NCBI GenBank assembly: GCA_964106645.2
Contig: OZ067040.1
Length of the DNA: 64,000 nucleotides
Reading direction: 5' to 3' (one strand)
DNA from: Podarcis pityusensis
Taxonomy: Eukaryota
Shown here: positions 62,839-64,000 of the stretch, piece after piece
Position numbering within the stretch: position 1 is the first letter of the stretch
Layout: each line of letters opens with the position of its first letter
Made by a program: the position numbers and the translations under genes
Notes under the pieces: model-generated
Database searches by the model: none
The model's input: the letters and a program-made list of their open reading frames with translations, nothing else
What the model was told of the DNA's origin: nothing

Positions 62839-64000
62839 TTTATATATAAATAAGGTTTATATATCCCTTAATTTTTAAAGCAACCCTTAAGCAGTTTCCA
62901 TAAAGCATAAAATATTCATTTGAAAATGATAAAATCAACTGACTTTAAAAAGTAGGTAATAAAATATTTCTAATTCCATCTGTGAGATGCTGGAAGATAC
63001 CCATCTATATGAGCCCAGGCCCCCTTCCCTGCACACAGACACTAATGTGCATACATATATCAAGTTTGCAGCCAAAACCCTTTCCTCTCAAACAGGAGTG
63101 AAATCTTAGGTCTGGTGATAAGTGTAGAGCAGTTTCAGGGTGTGGGGAGGTAGGCTTGTTGGCAGTATATAAAGCCAAATATAGCTCAAGTTTTGAAAAG
63201 TGTTCAGTGAGTAAAAGAATAAAGGCAACTGATCTTTTTTTTAATGTGGTCATGGTAGGAATTACCTCATGAGTAAGTTTCTTTAACTCTGGGGACTGTC
63301 TCTTTTGTATAATTGCTCTAAAAGCTGGGTTTGTCTGTGCTGCAAGTGAAATCAAAGTGCAGATGAGTCTATCACATCCCAAAGTACCATGGATAAGATT
63401 AGGCACAGTGACACTCCAGTGTATACAAATGAGAAGAGAAATTAGGGGTATGGGTTCAGTTTGCCAAAGATGAATTGATTCAAGCTGTTTGAGATATCCA
63501 TATCATTTGGAACTCTCTTACGTAGACTGTGCTCCTGAAAAACAGATATGTAAAACTGACTCACTGGAGAGCTTCAAATTGGTACTTCAGGCGGAGGTCC
63601 CATACAAAATAAAAATAAAACTTATCTCATGAAAGGGCTGACCCTGGAAATACTACCCTTTGAGTAAGGGTGTAATATATTCATCATGTAATAAATAAGG
63701 AATAAACACATGAATTTATGACTGAAAGGGAAAGAGGCTCAGTCTTCTATTTATTTATTTTTTAATCATTTCAGTGACGTTGAGCAAAATCTTCTTCCAT
63801 TGCAAATGGTGTAGAAATAGGATGCCTCTTACTGGCAAGGAAAGGTTGGCCATTCCTAGGCAATCCTCTTTTGAAAATCACATAAATCATTTTAGGCCCA
63901 TAAAAAGCTGTCTTCCATGCCCAAAAGACATTCCTGTGGAAAGAATCACAGCATTTTATGCCATCAGGAAGGAGGATGACTCTGTTATTGCCCTGACTAC

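Noticed and set aside
63005-63406. 133-aa minus-strand ORF
   Set aside because: Non-ATG start, no motif, no splice support.
1-64000. CRISPR arrays, operons or other prokaryotic systems; horizontal transfer of Bov-B as a novelty
   Set aside because: The sequence is vertebrate with no repeat-spacer arrays; Bov-B in squamates and its horizontal transfer are well known and nothing here tests it.

Overview
Vertebrate, almost certainly squamate (probably lacertid lizard) intronic or intergenic DNA. The taxon is inferred from the repeat set: Bov-B/RTE LINEs with (CAA)n tails, Sauria SINEs, CR1, L1-clade LINEs, hAT and Tc1/mariner MITEs. No multi-exon host gene is recognisable; there is one weak candidate exon at 26159-26247. 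The centrepiece is a three-element retrotransposon stack at 20315-25260. A 5'-truncated Bov-B is interrupted near its 3' end by a young CR1 carrying an uninterrupted ORF2 (endonuclease + RT) and the end of ORF1 (esterase), and an L1-clade 3' fragment abuts it with an overlapping target-site duplication (TSD). In the CR1, ORF1 ends ...GCT TTA AAC TGA and ORF2 runs through the same bases in the -1 frame (TTT AAA CTG). This puts a canonical U_UUA_AAC slippery heptamer directly before the ORF1 stop, a candidate programmed -1 frameshift. Other points: a fold-back Bov-B inside a MITE terminal repeat, two Bov-B copies with the same 5' breakpoint, a tRNA-Lys/CR1-tail SINE matching the local CR1, an 80-bp hairpin MITE and multi-layer nests. 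Two assembly gaps are present. Most short ORFs in the track are chance ORFs or antisense shadows of repeats.
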